Source: Ranitomeya imitator
Lineage: Eukaryota
DNA length: 64,000 nt
Reading direction: 5' to 3'
NCBI RefSeq assembly: GCF_032444005.1
Contig: NC_091283.1
Span: 445,904,001 to 445,968,000 of the forward strand
This document shows positions 48,470 through 61,197 of the stretch, in pieces; position 1 is the stretch's first letter; the number at the start of each line of letters is the position of its first letter. The notes under the pieces were generated by a model. It was not told the origin of the DNA and made no database searches. It saw only the letters and a list, made by a program, of their open reading frames with translations. Position numbers and translations under genes: made by a program.

Positions 48470-51400
48470 CTACAAGAAAAGAAACTGAAAAGATTAATAT
48501 ACAGGATCTTTAGTGACTTCCAGAGCTGCGCTCACTATTCTGCTGCTTTCCTGCTAGCTCTTAGTTTGCAAAATATGCATCTAAATGCTGTCTAACTAAA
48601 TCAACAACATGTTGTGATAGACAACAGTAATTTGTGAACGCAGCTTAGGCTGTGACTGGAGTGTAAGGTATGATGATAAAAAGCTTAGAGCCTGCTCACC
48701 TTCTCCCCCAGAGCCTTCTGTAGCTCAGCAGTGTAAGATGTGGAGTCAGTTGCTATATATACGGATCTCGCTTTGGTCTTCTTCACCCAGTACGTCAGCG
48801 CCCGCTTGATTTCCTTGAGGTCCGGCAGACACATGTTCATGGTGAGCGGCTTTGCCTTCAGACGATTGTACCCAACACACTGAGGGGAAGCCATGAAATG
48901 CGGGCCGGCTGTGCCATCCTTCAGCATCTTGCAAGCGTTAACCTGTCAGGAAGACAGATATGAATAACAAAAGGTTAATGCCGCCAATGGTTAATAAAAA
49001 ATGGCATCATATTTATGATCACATGGCACCATTTCCCCCCCATTATTGTGATTCTATCAGGCAGGAGACTAGGCAACTGCAAAATTACAGCACAGACATA
49101 AGGTACGAACAAAAGGTTTGCCACTCAGCTTTTCCACTGTGCCCAGAATGGCGAATTGACCGCCATTAAGAGTAAATGCTCACCCAGTCGGAGCCAATTC
49201 GCAAATGCACCCCCACGTACGGTCGGACAAGCAGGGCTTCAATTTGCTTCTCTCCCTCTTGAACTATCTTTTCGGACCAGACCATGTACTTCTGTAAACT
49301 CCTGTGTTCTTCCAGCACCGGAAACTGTGCTGGTGCCCCTGGCAGGGCGAGGACAGGGTGCGTGGAAGCTGGGTACCTGGCAAAATCAGATCAACACGCC
49401 TTAGTGCGTCAAGCATTTATACTCAAAATCTCAGTTGCCATGGGCAAAAATGTCTTGTTTGTGACGCAAATGTGTCAAAGGATTCCTAATGTGTGAGTTT
49501 TGAAAAATTTGGGGATGTCTGGTAACAAATTTCCCCGCACTCACCGGCTCTGCCAAACGTCTTTATAATGAGCACCGAAATTAATGCCGTCGAACAGCTC
49601 GGAGCGGGAAAAGTCCACATGGAAATGATCCCAGAAAGGGCCAAATGGATTCCCATCCTGGAAGAAGCATACGATACCAATTAAAAGGGGTCGCTAATGC
49701 ACACAAAACAGAACCCTGTGTCTACATATTACTGGTTCTCGACACGTTGCGTGGACATTTAAAAAAAAAAGTAGGGGGCACCATTAAGAAGTAGGTTAGT
49801 GCAACATCTAGTCCATGACTGCTGCGTGCGACAGCACAATGATTAGGCGGTCCGTTCTTCGGGGAGAAGCTTTATTGCAAGGGTAGCACTGTAGTGATAT
49901 AGCTATGGTGTTGAAAAAGATGAAGGAGATAGTCGCAAAATATTAACCTGATGATTGCCAAAACGACCACTAATCCCAAGAATTGGACTCTGCGGCACCT
50001 CATTAAATTGGAGCGATGGTGGAGATTAAGATTGCCCATGAGTCCGCCAAGTAGTGCTCGGCTATTTCCAGCAGTCCCATAGATCAGTAAGGGAGCAGAA
50101 GTGTGCATGTGTGACCGTCGCTCTAATCATATGGAGCACTTGGGAGTCCGATTCTCCAAACTGGTGGGGGCTCCAGCTGTACACAGACTAAAGTGGGCCG
50201 ATAAAAATGGGTTTGGTGGATGGGTTGATGTGTATAAAGGCGCCAGCTGACTGATGGTTGGGAGATATGCTGGTCACACATGTCTGAAATAACCTGCTCT
50301 CTTTCACACACAGAGCATAAAAGTGCTTGGCCGAGCGAATCTCTCTGTATATGGGAGTGAAAGCCGAGATGGCTGTAGGCCGAACAGTTGGAAAAAGCAT
50401 CCATCTAGGCCGGCCTAAGACCCCTAGTAATTTATCAGCCATCTAGTGGATAAGTTATAACCCTATAAATGGGTTTTTCATATGACAGCGAATAGTTTGC
50501 TGAAAGAACTAGGGGTTCGACTGCTGGGACCTCCACCGATCGCAAGAACTGGGCTCTGCAGAGACCAGTCTGGAAGGAATGGAGCAGCGAGGCATATGCT
50601 TGGCCTCCATACGATGCGAACCACACATTAGGAAAACCCCTTTAAGGTGACCAGAATAATTGGCGCTCAACACCAATGAGGATTGATTGCATCTAAACAA
50701 AAACACTAAGGGTACCGTCACACAGTGGCACTTTTGTCGCTACGACGGTACGATTCGTGACGTTCCAGCGATATCCATACGATATCGCTGTGTCTGACAC
50801 GCAGCAGCGATCAGGGATCCTGCTGAGAATCGTACGTCGTAGCAGATCGTTTGGAACATTCTTTCGTCGCTGGATCTCCCGCTGTCATCGCTAGATGGGT
50901 GTGTGTGACACCGATCTAGCGATGCGTTCGCTTGTAACCAGGGTAAACATCGGGTTACTAAGCGCAGGACCACGCTTAGTAACCCAATGTTTACCCTGGT
51001 TACCAGCGTAAATGTAAAAAAAAAAAAAACAGTACATACTTACATTCCTGTGTCCGTCAGGTACCTTGCCGTCTGCTTCCCGCACTCACTGACTGCCGGC
51101 CGTAAAGTGAAAGCAGAGCACAGCGGTGACGTCACCACTGTGCTGTGCTTTCACTTTACGGCCGGCAGTCAGTGAGTGCGGGAAGCAGACGGCAAGGGAC
51201 AGACACCGGAATGTAAGTATGTAGTGTTTGTTTGTTTTTTTACGCTGGTAACCAGGGTAAACATCGGGTTACTAAGCCGGGGACCTCGGCATCGTTGGTC
51301 GCTGGAGAGCTGTCTGTGTGACAGCTCTCCAGCGACCACACTACGACTTACCAACGATCACGGCCAGGTCGTATCGCTGGTCGTGATCATTGGTAAATCG

Positions 51401-54268
51401 TATAGTGTGACGGTACCCTTACATCACTAGGTCCACAGCCACTATTCACCTTCATGGGGCAGCTCTTCTTATCAGGGCTCCTCTGAGCGGCCGCGGTAAA
51501 GCAGTAAGCTACGCGCTTCTCCGCCAGCCAGTACTTGCCAGCAAACGTCTCCATGAAGTCTTCCATACTCATCACTCTGTGGTACTGGCTAAGGGGGGCC
51601 AGCTGGAAATATTCTTCAAAAGACACATGCACCTGCAGAAAAGCACAAGGGCACCAATTAGTAGGAGGCAGTGGGGCTCCTCTACACCCCCGATCATTAC
51701 AGCAACACCAGCAATATAATCACCAAAACAAATGCCAGAGACGCTGAAGGATCGTCGATTCTGGTCACTCACATTGGTGTACGGAGGACGATGGTGGTTG
51801 TAAACAATCCATGGAGGGACGGCCAGCGTCCGATTCACCATCTTGGCAAAGGCTAAAGAGCCGAGGAAGTGATCCGCCTGATTGCCAAACCGCCCTGCAC
51901 AGAGAAATGCAACCACTAATGAGTGAAATGATATCATTGCTTCTACACTCCACACCCAAAACTCCCCAACTGCTAATATGTGACTGCTGAAACACTGTGC
52001 TGCTGTGCCATCCACTGCTTCTTTGTACAATGCATACACCATAGACTCCATAACATGGAGAATATCTAGCAGCTATGAAATCTGGGGATTTGGAGCAGGC
52101 AGAGAATTGGCAGCTAAGCACTGCAGGACTGGGTGGAGATGCCCCTTGGGTAAGAAAAGACCGAGGAGGAGTAAACATCATCACTGCTCAGTATAACTTC
52201 ATGGGGAGCAGAAAATATGAGATTTTGTCAAGCGCTGTCCCCACCCAAGAAAGAAGTGCACAGGATGCCCCTCCCCGTAAAGTGCTACATACCCAGGGCC
52301 CCCTTCCTGTATACGGGGCTCAGGGTCTCACCCCTCCGCCCACTCATAAGGCTCGGTGCACAGGGTCTCCCCCTTCCCGTATACAGGGCTCGCTGCACAG
52401 TGTCCCCCCTCCCTCCCGTATACGGGGCTCGGTGCACAGGGTCTCCCTCCTCCCGTATACAGGGCTTGGTGCATAGGGTCTCCCCCCCCCCCCTCCTGTA
52501 TACAGGGCTTGGTGCATAGGGTCTCCCCCTTCCTGTATACAGGGCTCGGTGCACAGTGTCTCCCCCCCAGTACACAGGGCTCGGTGCACAGTGTCCCCCC
52601 CCCCCCCAGTACACAGGGCTCGGTACAGTGTCTCCCCCCCCCCTTCCAGTACACAGAGTCTCCCCCCTCCCGCACACAGGGCTCGGTGCGCAGCGTCTCC
52701 CCCTTCCTGTATACAGGGTTCGGTGCGCAGCGTCTCCCCCTCCCGTATACAGGGCTCGGTGCGCAGCGTCTCCCCCTCCCGTATACAGGGCTCGGTGCGC
52801 AGCGTCTCCCCCTCCCGTATACAGGGCTCGGTGCACAGCGTCTCCCCCCTCCCGTATACAGGGCTCGGTGCGCAGCGTCTCCCCCTCCCGTATACAGGGC
52901 TCGGTGCGCAGCGTCTCCCCCTCCCGTATACAGGGCTCGGTGCACAGCGTCTCCCCCCTCCCGTATACAGGGCTCGGTGCACAGGGTCTCCCCCCTCCCG
53001 TATACAGGGCTCGGTGCACAGGGTCTCCCCCTTCCCGTATACAGGGCTCGGTGCACAGGGTCTCCCCCTCCCGTATACAGGGCTCGGTGCACAGGGTCTC
53101 CCCCTTCCCGTATACAGGGCTCGGTGCACAGGGTCTCCCCCCTCCCGTATACAGGGCTCGGTGCACAGGGTCTCCCCCCTCCCGTATACAGGGCTCGGTG
53201 CACAGTGTCTTCCCCCTCCCGTATACAGGGCTCGGTGCACAGGGTCTCCCCCTTCCCGTATACAGGGCTCGGTGCACAGGGTCTCCCCCTTCCCATATAC
53301 AGGGCTCGGTGCACAGGGTCTCCCCCCTCCCGTATACAGGGCTCGGTGCACAGGGTCTCCCCCTTCCCGTATACAGGGCTCGGTGCACAGGGTCTCCCCC
53401 TTCCCGTATACAGGGCTCGGTGCACAGGGTCTCCCCCTTCCCGTATACAGGGCTCGGTGCACAGGGTCTCCCCCTTCCCGTATACAGGGCTCGGTGCACA
53501 GGGTCTCCCCCTTCCCGTATACAGGGCTCGGTGCACAGGGTCTCCCCCCTCCCGGGCTCGGTGCACAGGGTCTCCCCCACACAGGGCTCGGTGCACAGGG
53601 TCTCCCCCACACAGGGCTCGGTGCACAGGGTCTCCCCCACACAGGGCTCGGTGCACAGGGTCTCCCCCACACAGGGCTCGGTGCACAGGGTCTCCCCCAC
53701 ACAGGGCTCGGTGCACAGGGTCTCCCCCACACAGGGCTCGGTGCACAGGGTCTCCCCCTCCCGCACACAGGGCTCGGTGCACAGGGTCTCCCCCACACAG
53801 GGCTCGGTGCACAGGGTCTCCCCCTCCCGCACACAGGGCTCGGTGCACAGGGTCTCCCCCTCCCGCACACAGGGCTCGGTGCACAGGGTCTCCCCCCTCC
53901 CGCACACAGGGCTCGGTGCACAGGGTCTCCCCCTCCCGCACACAGGGCTCGGTGCACAGGGTCTCCCCCTCCCGCACACAGGGCTCGGTGCACAGGGTCT
54001 CCCCCCCTCCCGCACACAGGGCTCGGTGCACAGGGTCTCCCCCCCTCCCGCACACAGGGCTCGGTGCACAGGGTCTCCCCCCCTCCCGCACACAGGGCTC
54101 GGTGCACAGGGTCTCCCCCCCTCCCGCACACAGGGCTCGGTGCACAGGGTCTCCCCCATTCTCACCCATGCAAGGGCAGTACAGCAGATACCCAGCTGGG
54201 TCCCATTCCTTCTCTGCCCGGTGTAGTCCTGTGAGTACAAGGAGCAGGAGGAAACTCAGCGGCTCCAT
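48281..54268 (-). CDS. POFUT1: GDP-fucose protein O-fucosyltransferase 1, spliced CDS 1146 nt, 381 aa
   Basis: Exons 54268-54166, 51894-51773, 51632-51450, 49657-49545, 49376-49184, 48942-48700, 48469-48281, all GT-AG and in frame. Signal peptide, [42 protein letters not shown]-terminus KPDEL*. Confidence 0.97.
48700..48942 (-). CDS. POFUT1: POFUT1 exon 6
   Basis: [10 protein letters not shown]...YIATD...GEK, 243 bp. Confidence 0.95.
49184..49376 (-). CDS. POFUT1: POFUT1 exon 5
   Basis: [14 protein letters not shown]...HLRIGSDW, 193 bp. Confidence 0.95.
49545..49657 (-). CDS. POFUT1: POFUT1 exon 4
   Basis: [12 protein letters not shown]..., 113 bp. Confidence 0.95.
50710..51418. mobile_element. 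GGTACC-family MITE
   Basis: TAA|GGGTACCGTCACAC ... GTGTGACGGTACCC|TTA. Confidence 0.85.
51450..51632 (-). CDS. POFUT1: POFUT1 exon 3
   Basis: VHVSFEEYF...KSCPMK, 183 bp. Confidence 0.95.
51773..51894 (-). CDS. POFUT1: POFUT1 exon 2
   Basis: [15 protein letters not shown]...PPYTN, 122 bp. Confidence 0.95.
52280..54157. repeat. 30-38-bp GC-rich minisatellite filling POFUT1 intron 1 (~50 units)
   Basis: CAGGGCTCGGTGCACAGGGTCTCCCCC(T)TCCCGTATA units with blocks of variants. Confidence 0.95.
54166..54268 (-). CDS. POFUT1: POFUT1 exon 1
   Basis: [14 protein letters not shown]...YCPCM G|GTGAGA. Confidence 0.93.
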
Positions 54269-54269
54269 G

Positions 54270-54620
54270 ACAGCCGGAAGCAATCCCCCCGGACGTCGCC
54301 ATGTTAGCGGAGGCAGAGTTGAGGCCGGGCGGGAGGAGCCGCCATGTTGGTGGTGGCAGGTGGGTGACGGGAGGCCTTGACACGCAGAGACCCCGGGCCC
54401 GGCCTCCGGCAGTACCATCACGGCAGTGTCAGCTCTCCCGCCCACGGTGGACCGGTGCCTTGCTCCCCGGAGGCCTCGATTAGCCCCGCTCCCTTCCACG
54501 CCGCGGAGTCACGTCTCTCCCAGAATCCTCCGCGGGCGCCAGCTCCGTCCTGCGGCCTCGGGGGATAACGGAACCGGCGGGAAGGTTAACGGGGTAGGTA
54601 GTGCCCGGGGCACAGATTGT
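54270..54620. promoter_or_regulatory. Bidirectional CpG-rich POFUT1/PLAGL2 promoter
   Basis: CpG-rich interval between the divergent genes; YY1-like CGCCATGTT at ~54297 and ~54341; GGGCGG box; candidate PLAGL2 exon-1 donor GGG|GTAGGT at 54594. Confidence 0.7.
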
Positions 54621-55344
54621 CCCCTCCAACCACTGTCACTACGCCCTGCACCAATACATCCTCCTCCTCACGTGCAACCACCAAATCGGGGGTTCACTGC
54701 CCCCCACATGTGCCCAGCCCCCAAACCACCACTTACAGGCGAGAACCCCAATAACTGCATTGTCAGACACGACCCCAGAGATGCACACACTAATAATATA
54801 GTGAGACCCCATGAAATCATAAAATTAGGAGTCTCCCTAATAACCAAGAAGTACCCGACACTCACTCCTGTACCCCCAGATTCCCCTGCCATGTGCACCC
54901 CTGCCTCTCATATATGCCCTACACCTCGCCATCCATCAACACGCCCCTTTAAGGGGGTTTTTCGAAGCCCAAATCAAAATGTAAAAGCCTCCAAAGTAGC
55001 TGTAATATTGAGGAGTGTATCCGCTCCGATCAGTATCGGAAAGTGAATTCCTGCAGGTGGACAGCCGCTGGGGGTCCGGGGTCTTAACACGTTTCCCATC
55101 TGTATATTCTTACCTGAGCCTCCTCCCTCCGCACATTGTCTGGGAGGATCCGAGGCTCCAATACAAACCCTTACCCTCAGGCTATGTTCACATTCAGCTG
55201 TGTTTTTGTTTGTATTTTTTTGCAGCGTTTTCTTATACAAATAAGATGTTTCCGTTTTACAGTACCAGGAAACAGATGAGATTTCCGTAATCTCCTGCAC
55301 ACTTGTTTTATTTTCCTGACCAAATTTGATAACTGCAGTGTTTT

Positions 55345-57210
55345 TGAAGTCTATATATAGTATAATCCTTCAGTACATCGTTCCTCTCATCCTCTGTATA
55401 TACAGTATTATCCTTCAGTACATCCTTCCTCTCATCCTCTTAATATACAGTATTATCCTTCAGTACATCGTACCGCTCAGCCTCTCTATATACAGTATTA
55501 TCCTTCAGTACATCGTTCCTCTCAGCCTCTCTATATACAGTATTATCCTTCAGTACATCCTTCCTCTCAGCCTCTCTATATACAGTATTATCCTTCAGTA
55601 CATCCTTCCTCTCAGCCTCTGTATATACAGTATTATCCTTCAGTACATCGTTCCTCTCAGGCCCTCTATATACAGTATTATCCTTCAGTACATCCTTCCT
55701 CTCAACCTCTCTATATACAGTATTATCCTTCAGTACATCGTTCCTCTCAGCCTCTCTATATACAGTATTATCCTTCAGTACATCCTTCCTCTCAGCCTCT
55801 CTATATACAGTATTATCCTTAGTACATCGTTCCTCTCAGCCTCTTTATATACAGTATTATCCTTCAGTACATCCTTCCTCTCAGCCTCTCTATATACAGT
55901 ATTATCCTTCAGTACATCCTTCCTCTCAGCCTCTCTATATACAGTATTATCCTTCAGTACATCGTTCCTCTCAGCCTCTTTATATACAGTATTATCCTTC
56001 AGTACATCCTTCCTCTCAGCCTCTCTATATACAGTATTATCCTTCAGTACAGCGTTCCTCTCAGCCTCTTTATATACATTATTATCCTTCAGTACATCCT
56101 TCCTCCCAGCCTCTCTATATACAGTATTATCCTTCAGTACATCCTTCCTCTCAGCCTCTCTATATACAGTATTATCCTTCAGTACATCCTTCCTCTCAGC
56201 CTCTCTATATACAGTATTATCCTTCAGTACATCGTTCCTCTCAGCCTCTCTATATACAGTATTATCCTTCAGTACATCGTTCCTCTCAGCCTCTGTATAT
56301 ACAGTATTATCCTTCAGTACATCGTTCCTCTAATCCTCTGTATATACAGTATTATCCTTCAGTACATCGTTCCTCTCATCCTCTGTATATACAGTATTAT
56401 CCTTCAGTACATCGTTCCTCTCATCCTCTGTATATACAGTATTATCCTTCAGTACATCGTTCCTCTCATCCTCTGTATATACAGTATTATCCTTCAGTAC
56501 ATCGTTCCTCTCATCCTCTGTATATACAATATTATCCTTCAGTACATCGTACCTCTGTCCCTCTACATACAGTATTTTCCTTCAATACATTGTTCCTCTC
56601 ATCCTCTGTATATACAGTTCTAGATGGTGGCCCGATTCTAACGCATCGGGTATTCTAGAATATGCATGTCCACGTAGTATATTGCCCAGCCACATAGTAT
56701 ATAGCACAGCCCACGTAGTATGGTATATTGCCCAGTCACGTAGTATATTGGCCAGCCACATAGTATATTGCCCAGCCACGTAGTATATTGCCCAGTCACG
56801 TATTGCCCAGCCACATAGTATATAGCACAGCCCACGTAGTACGGTATATTATGATTTAAGGAGAAAGATACAGAGCATCGATGAACATTTCATTAAACAA
56901 TGTTTATTCCATAAATAATTCAAAGACGTGTAGTTTAATAACAATTAACATTATTTAGTAACGAGAGCAACCTCTCTTCCTCCGTATATACAGTATTATC
57001 CTTCATTACATCGTACCTCTGTCCCTCTATATACAGTATTTTCCTTCAGTACATCGTTCCTCTCATCCTCTGTACATACAGTATTATCCTTCAGTACATT
57101 GCTCCTTTCATCCTCTGTATATACAGTATTATCCTTCAGTACATTGTTCCTTTCATCCTCTGTATATACAGTATTATCCTGCAGTACATTTTTCCTCTCA
57201 GCCCTTTGTA
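55345..57210. repeat. 45-bp minisatellite (~28 units to 56615, further units at 56980-57210)
   Basis: ATCGTTCCTCTCAGCCTCTCTATATACAGTATTATCCTTCAGTAC units. Confidence 0.95.
56620..56850 (-). mobile_element. Helitron 3'-end fragment (same family as 33830-34838)
   Basis: CTAGATGGTGGCCCGATTCTAACGCATCGGG followed by the same internal repeats. Confidence 0.75.
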
Positions 57211-58139
57211 ATGCAGCAGGATTGGTGCAGTGTGACACAGTCAGTGACCACAGGAAAATTCACAGCAAAATGTGTTTACTGTCCAAACTCACACAGTGCA
57301 CAGCACGAGGTATCTTCCGGATCGCAATCGGGAAAGAAGATAGTCTGTGACCTGTTGCCATGGCGACTGCACCGCCATGTACGATGAGGGTACCAGGCCT
57401 TTTGGCTCCGCTTAGCCTGTGTCGCCTCACACAGGTTGAGCTCTGCAGAGCCCTCTGCTCTGCCTGCTTGAAAGACCAAAACTGACACACCCAACTCTGT
57501 GCTGCAGGGGTTTTTACAAAAGAACATAGAAAGCCCGGGGAGGAAACGGACTGCCCCGCTGCCATCCTGTAGTCAGTTTCAAAAATAAAAACCCAGAGCA
57601 GGTTTTCTTAAATCTGCCTTGGACAAATAGCTTGCCAAAGATCAACACTTATTTGTATTCTGCATTGCAATCACAGCTATGCCTGTGACTGCAATGCACT
57701 CCCACGGCCTCCATATGCTGTTTTGCACATCCTGAGGGACACATAGCGACCCTTGCATATAAACCGGTCACTGCCTCACACCCACTATACACAGTATTAT
57801 CCTGCAGTACATTGTTCCTCTCAGCCCCTCTATATACAGTATTATGCTGCAGTATATTGTACCTCTCTTCCCCGCTATATACAGTACCAAACAGCATTGC
57901 CTCAGTCCTCTGATCTACTTGTATACTGTACCATCTTTCAACGCTATCCTGCAGTACATTGCTCCTCACAGCCCCATCATGGAATACATCAATCCTCTCA
58001 ACCCCTATTGTTAATAAAATACATTGGGCACAGTAGCACAATGCAGGATGTGCTGTAAATGTTTCCATAAGAATTTGGGAAAGTTATGAAATGTCCTATA
58101 AATGTCTGATCTGTTCCTGATCTAAGGACCTCGGCTTTT

Positions 58140-58570
58140 AGTGGAGATGAATCTGTGCTGCACTTTATGCACATGCTTAGTGGTGACCAGTGCTGTGGAG
58201 ATATGTGCTGCACTTTATGTACATGCTCAGCAGTGACCAGTGCTGTAGAGATGAATCTGTGCTGCACTTTATATACATGCTCAGTATTGACCAGTGCTGT
58301 GGAGATGAATCTGTGCTGCACTTTATGTACATGCTCAGTAGTGACCAGTGCTGTGGAGATGAATCTGTGCTGCACTTTATGTACATGCTCAGTAGTGACC
58401 AGTGCTGTGGAGATGAATCTGTGCTGCACTTTATGTACATGCTCAGTGGTAACTAGTGCTGTGGGGTCAGAGACAGGCCAGTGAGGGGCGATGCACGGCG
58501 ATACGGGCCAATGAGGGGCGATGCACGGCGAAACGGGCCAATGAGGGGCAATGCACCGCGATACGCGCCA
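58140..58570. repeat. 54-bp minisatellite (~5.5 units) followed by a 30-bp triplication
   Basis: AGTGCTGTGGAGATGAATCTGTGCTGCACTTTATGTACATGCTCAGTAGTGACC units; then GGCCA(G/A)TGAGGGGCGATGCACGGCGATAC x3. Confidence 0.9.
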
Positions 58571-58885
58571 GTGTACATAGGACAGCAATGTACTGCAGAA
58601 TGCTACCACATGTAATGTAAGGATGGTCCTGTATATAGACCAGCTGAGAGGAGTAATGTACTGCACAACGTTATTGTATATAGAGGGGCTGATAGGTGAA
58701 ATGTACTGTAGCATGTTATCATATACAAAGTAGCTGAGAGGAGTGATATACTGCAGGATAAGGATGTGAGAAGAGTGATGATTTGCAAGTTGGGGCTCTA
58801 TATAGAACGGCTAAGATAAGAGGAGTGATGTACTGGTGAATGGTTCCAGAAATAGAAGGATTGAGAGGAGTGATGTACTATTGTA

Positions 58886-58888
<3 letters not shown>

Positions 58889-58947
<59 letters not shown>
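58889..58947. repeat. (AT)n(AC)n microsatellite at the Tc1 insertion site
   Basis: Direct observation. Confidence 0.95.
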
Positions 58948-60712
<1,765 letters not shown>

Positions 60713-60897
60713 TATACTAACGTCAGCAGTGACGTTGCGTATACACAAAATGTCAGCTGAGTGATGTCACAGAACATTACACGGGGCCAGTATTTTTAAT
60801 ATATGTATTTTATTAGTGTTAATGTTGATGAGTGACAAATAAATGAAATATCTTAGACAACCCCTTTAAGGCTGATTTCCATGTGTTTTATTTGCAG

Positions 60898-60964
60898 GTT
60901 AGAAGATGGTGAGGCGTCTCCTGCGTTGTCTCCCAGAGGGGTGAACCCAGAGCGTCAGCTGCAG
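60898..60964 (+). other. PLAGL2: Putative 67-bp 5'UTR exon of PLAGL2
   Basis: TTTTATTTGCAG| ... CTGCAG|GTAAGA strong splice signals; no transcript evidence. Confidence 0.5.
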
Positions 60965-61197
60965 GTAAGAGCCACCTGTAATATCATCAAACGTCTTCTA
61001 TCTTCTGGGGGAGAAGAATCTGGCCGCCAACACAGGGCATATCACCCAGGTTACTTGTGATTTTTTTTTTTTTCACAAACATACATTGATCATCACAGTA
61101 CTTCATTCTAACTGTTCTCCATTCACCAGGACGGGCATTGCGCTGGCACCGATGGGGAAATGACCGCTCACGCGGCCGAGTCACCACTTGTTCTGCG

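Noticed and set aside
50437-50452. CTCF-like core GCCATCTAGTGG (and similar at ~61464)
   Set aside because: Short motifs, the first apparently inside a repeat; not supportable without ChIP or conservation data.
52285-54499. Several ORFs of 556-723 aa on both strands
   Set aside because: Stop-free GC-rich minisatellite; only 54268-54166 is real coding sequence (POFUT1 exon 1).
54269-54499. In-frame upstream ATGs extending POFUT1
   Set aside because: The signal peptide begins at [10 protein letters not shown], and the extension lies in the bidirectional promoter.
55326-56333. 335-aa hydrophobic ORF
   Set aside because: Translation of the 45-bp minisatellite.
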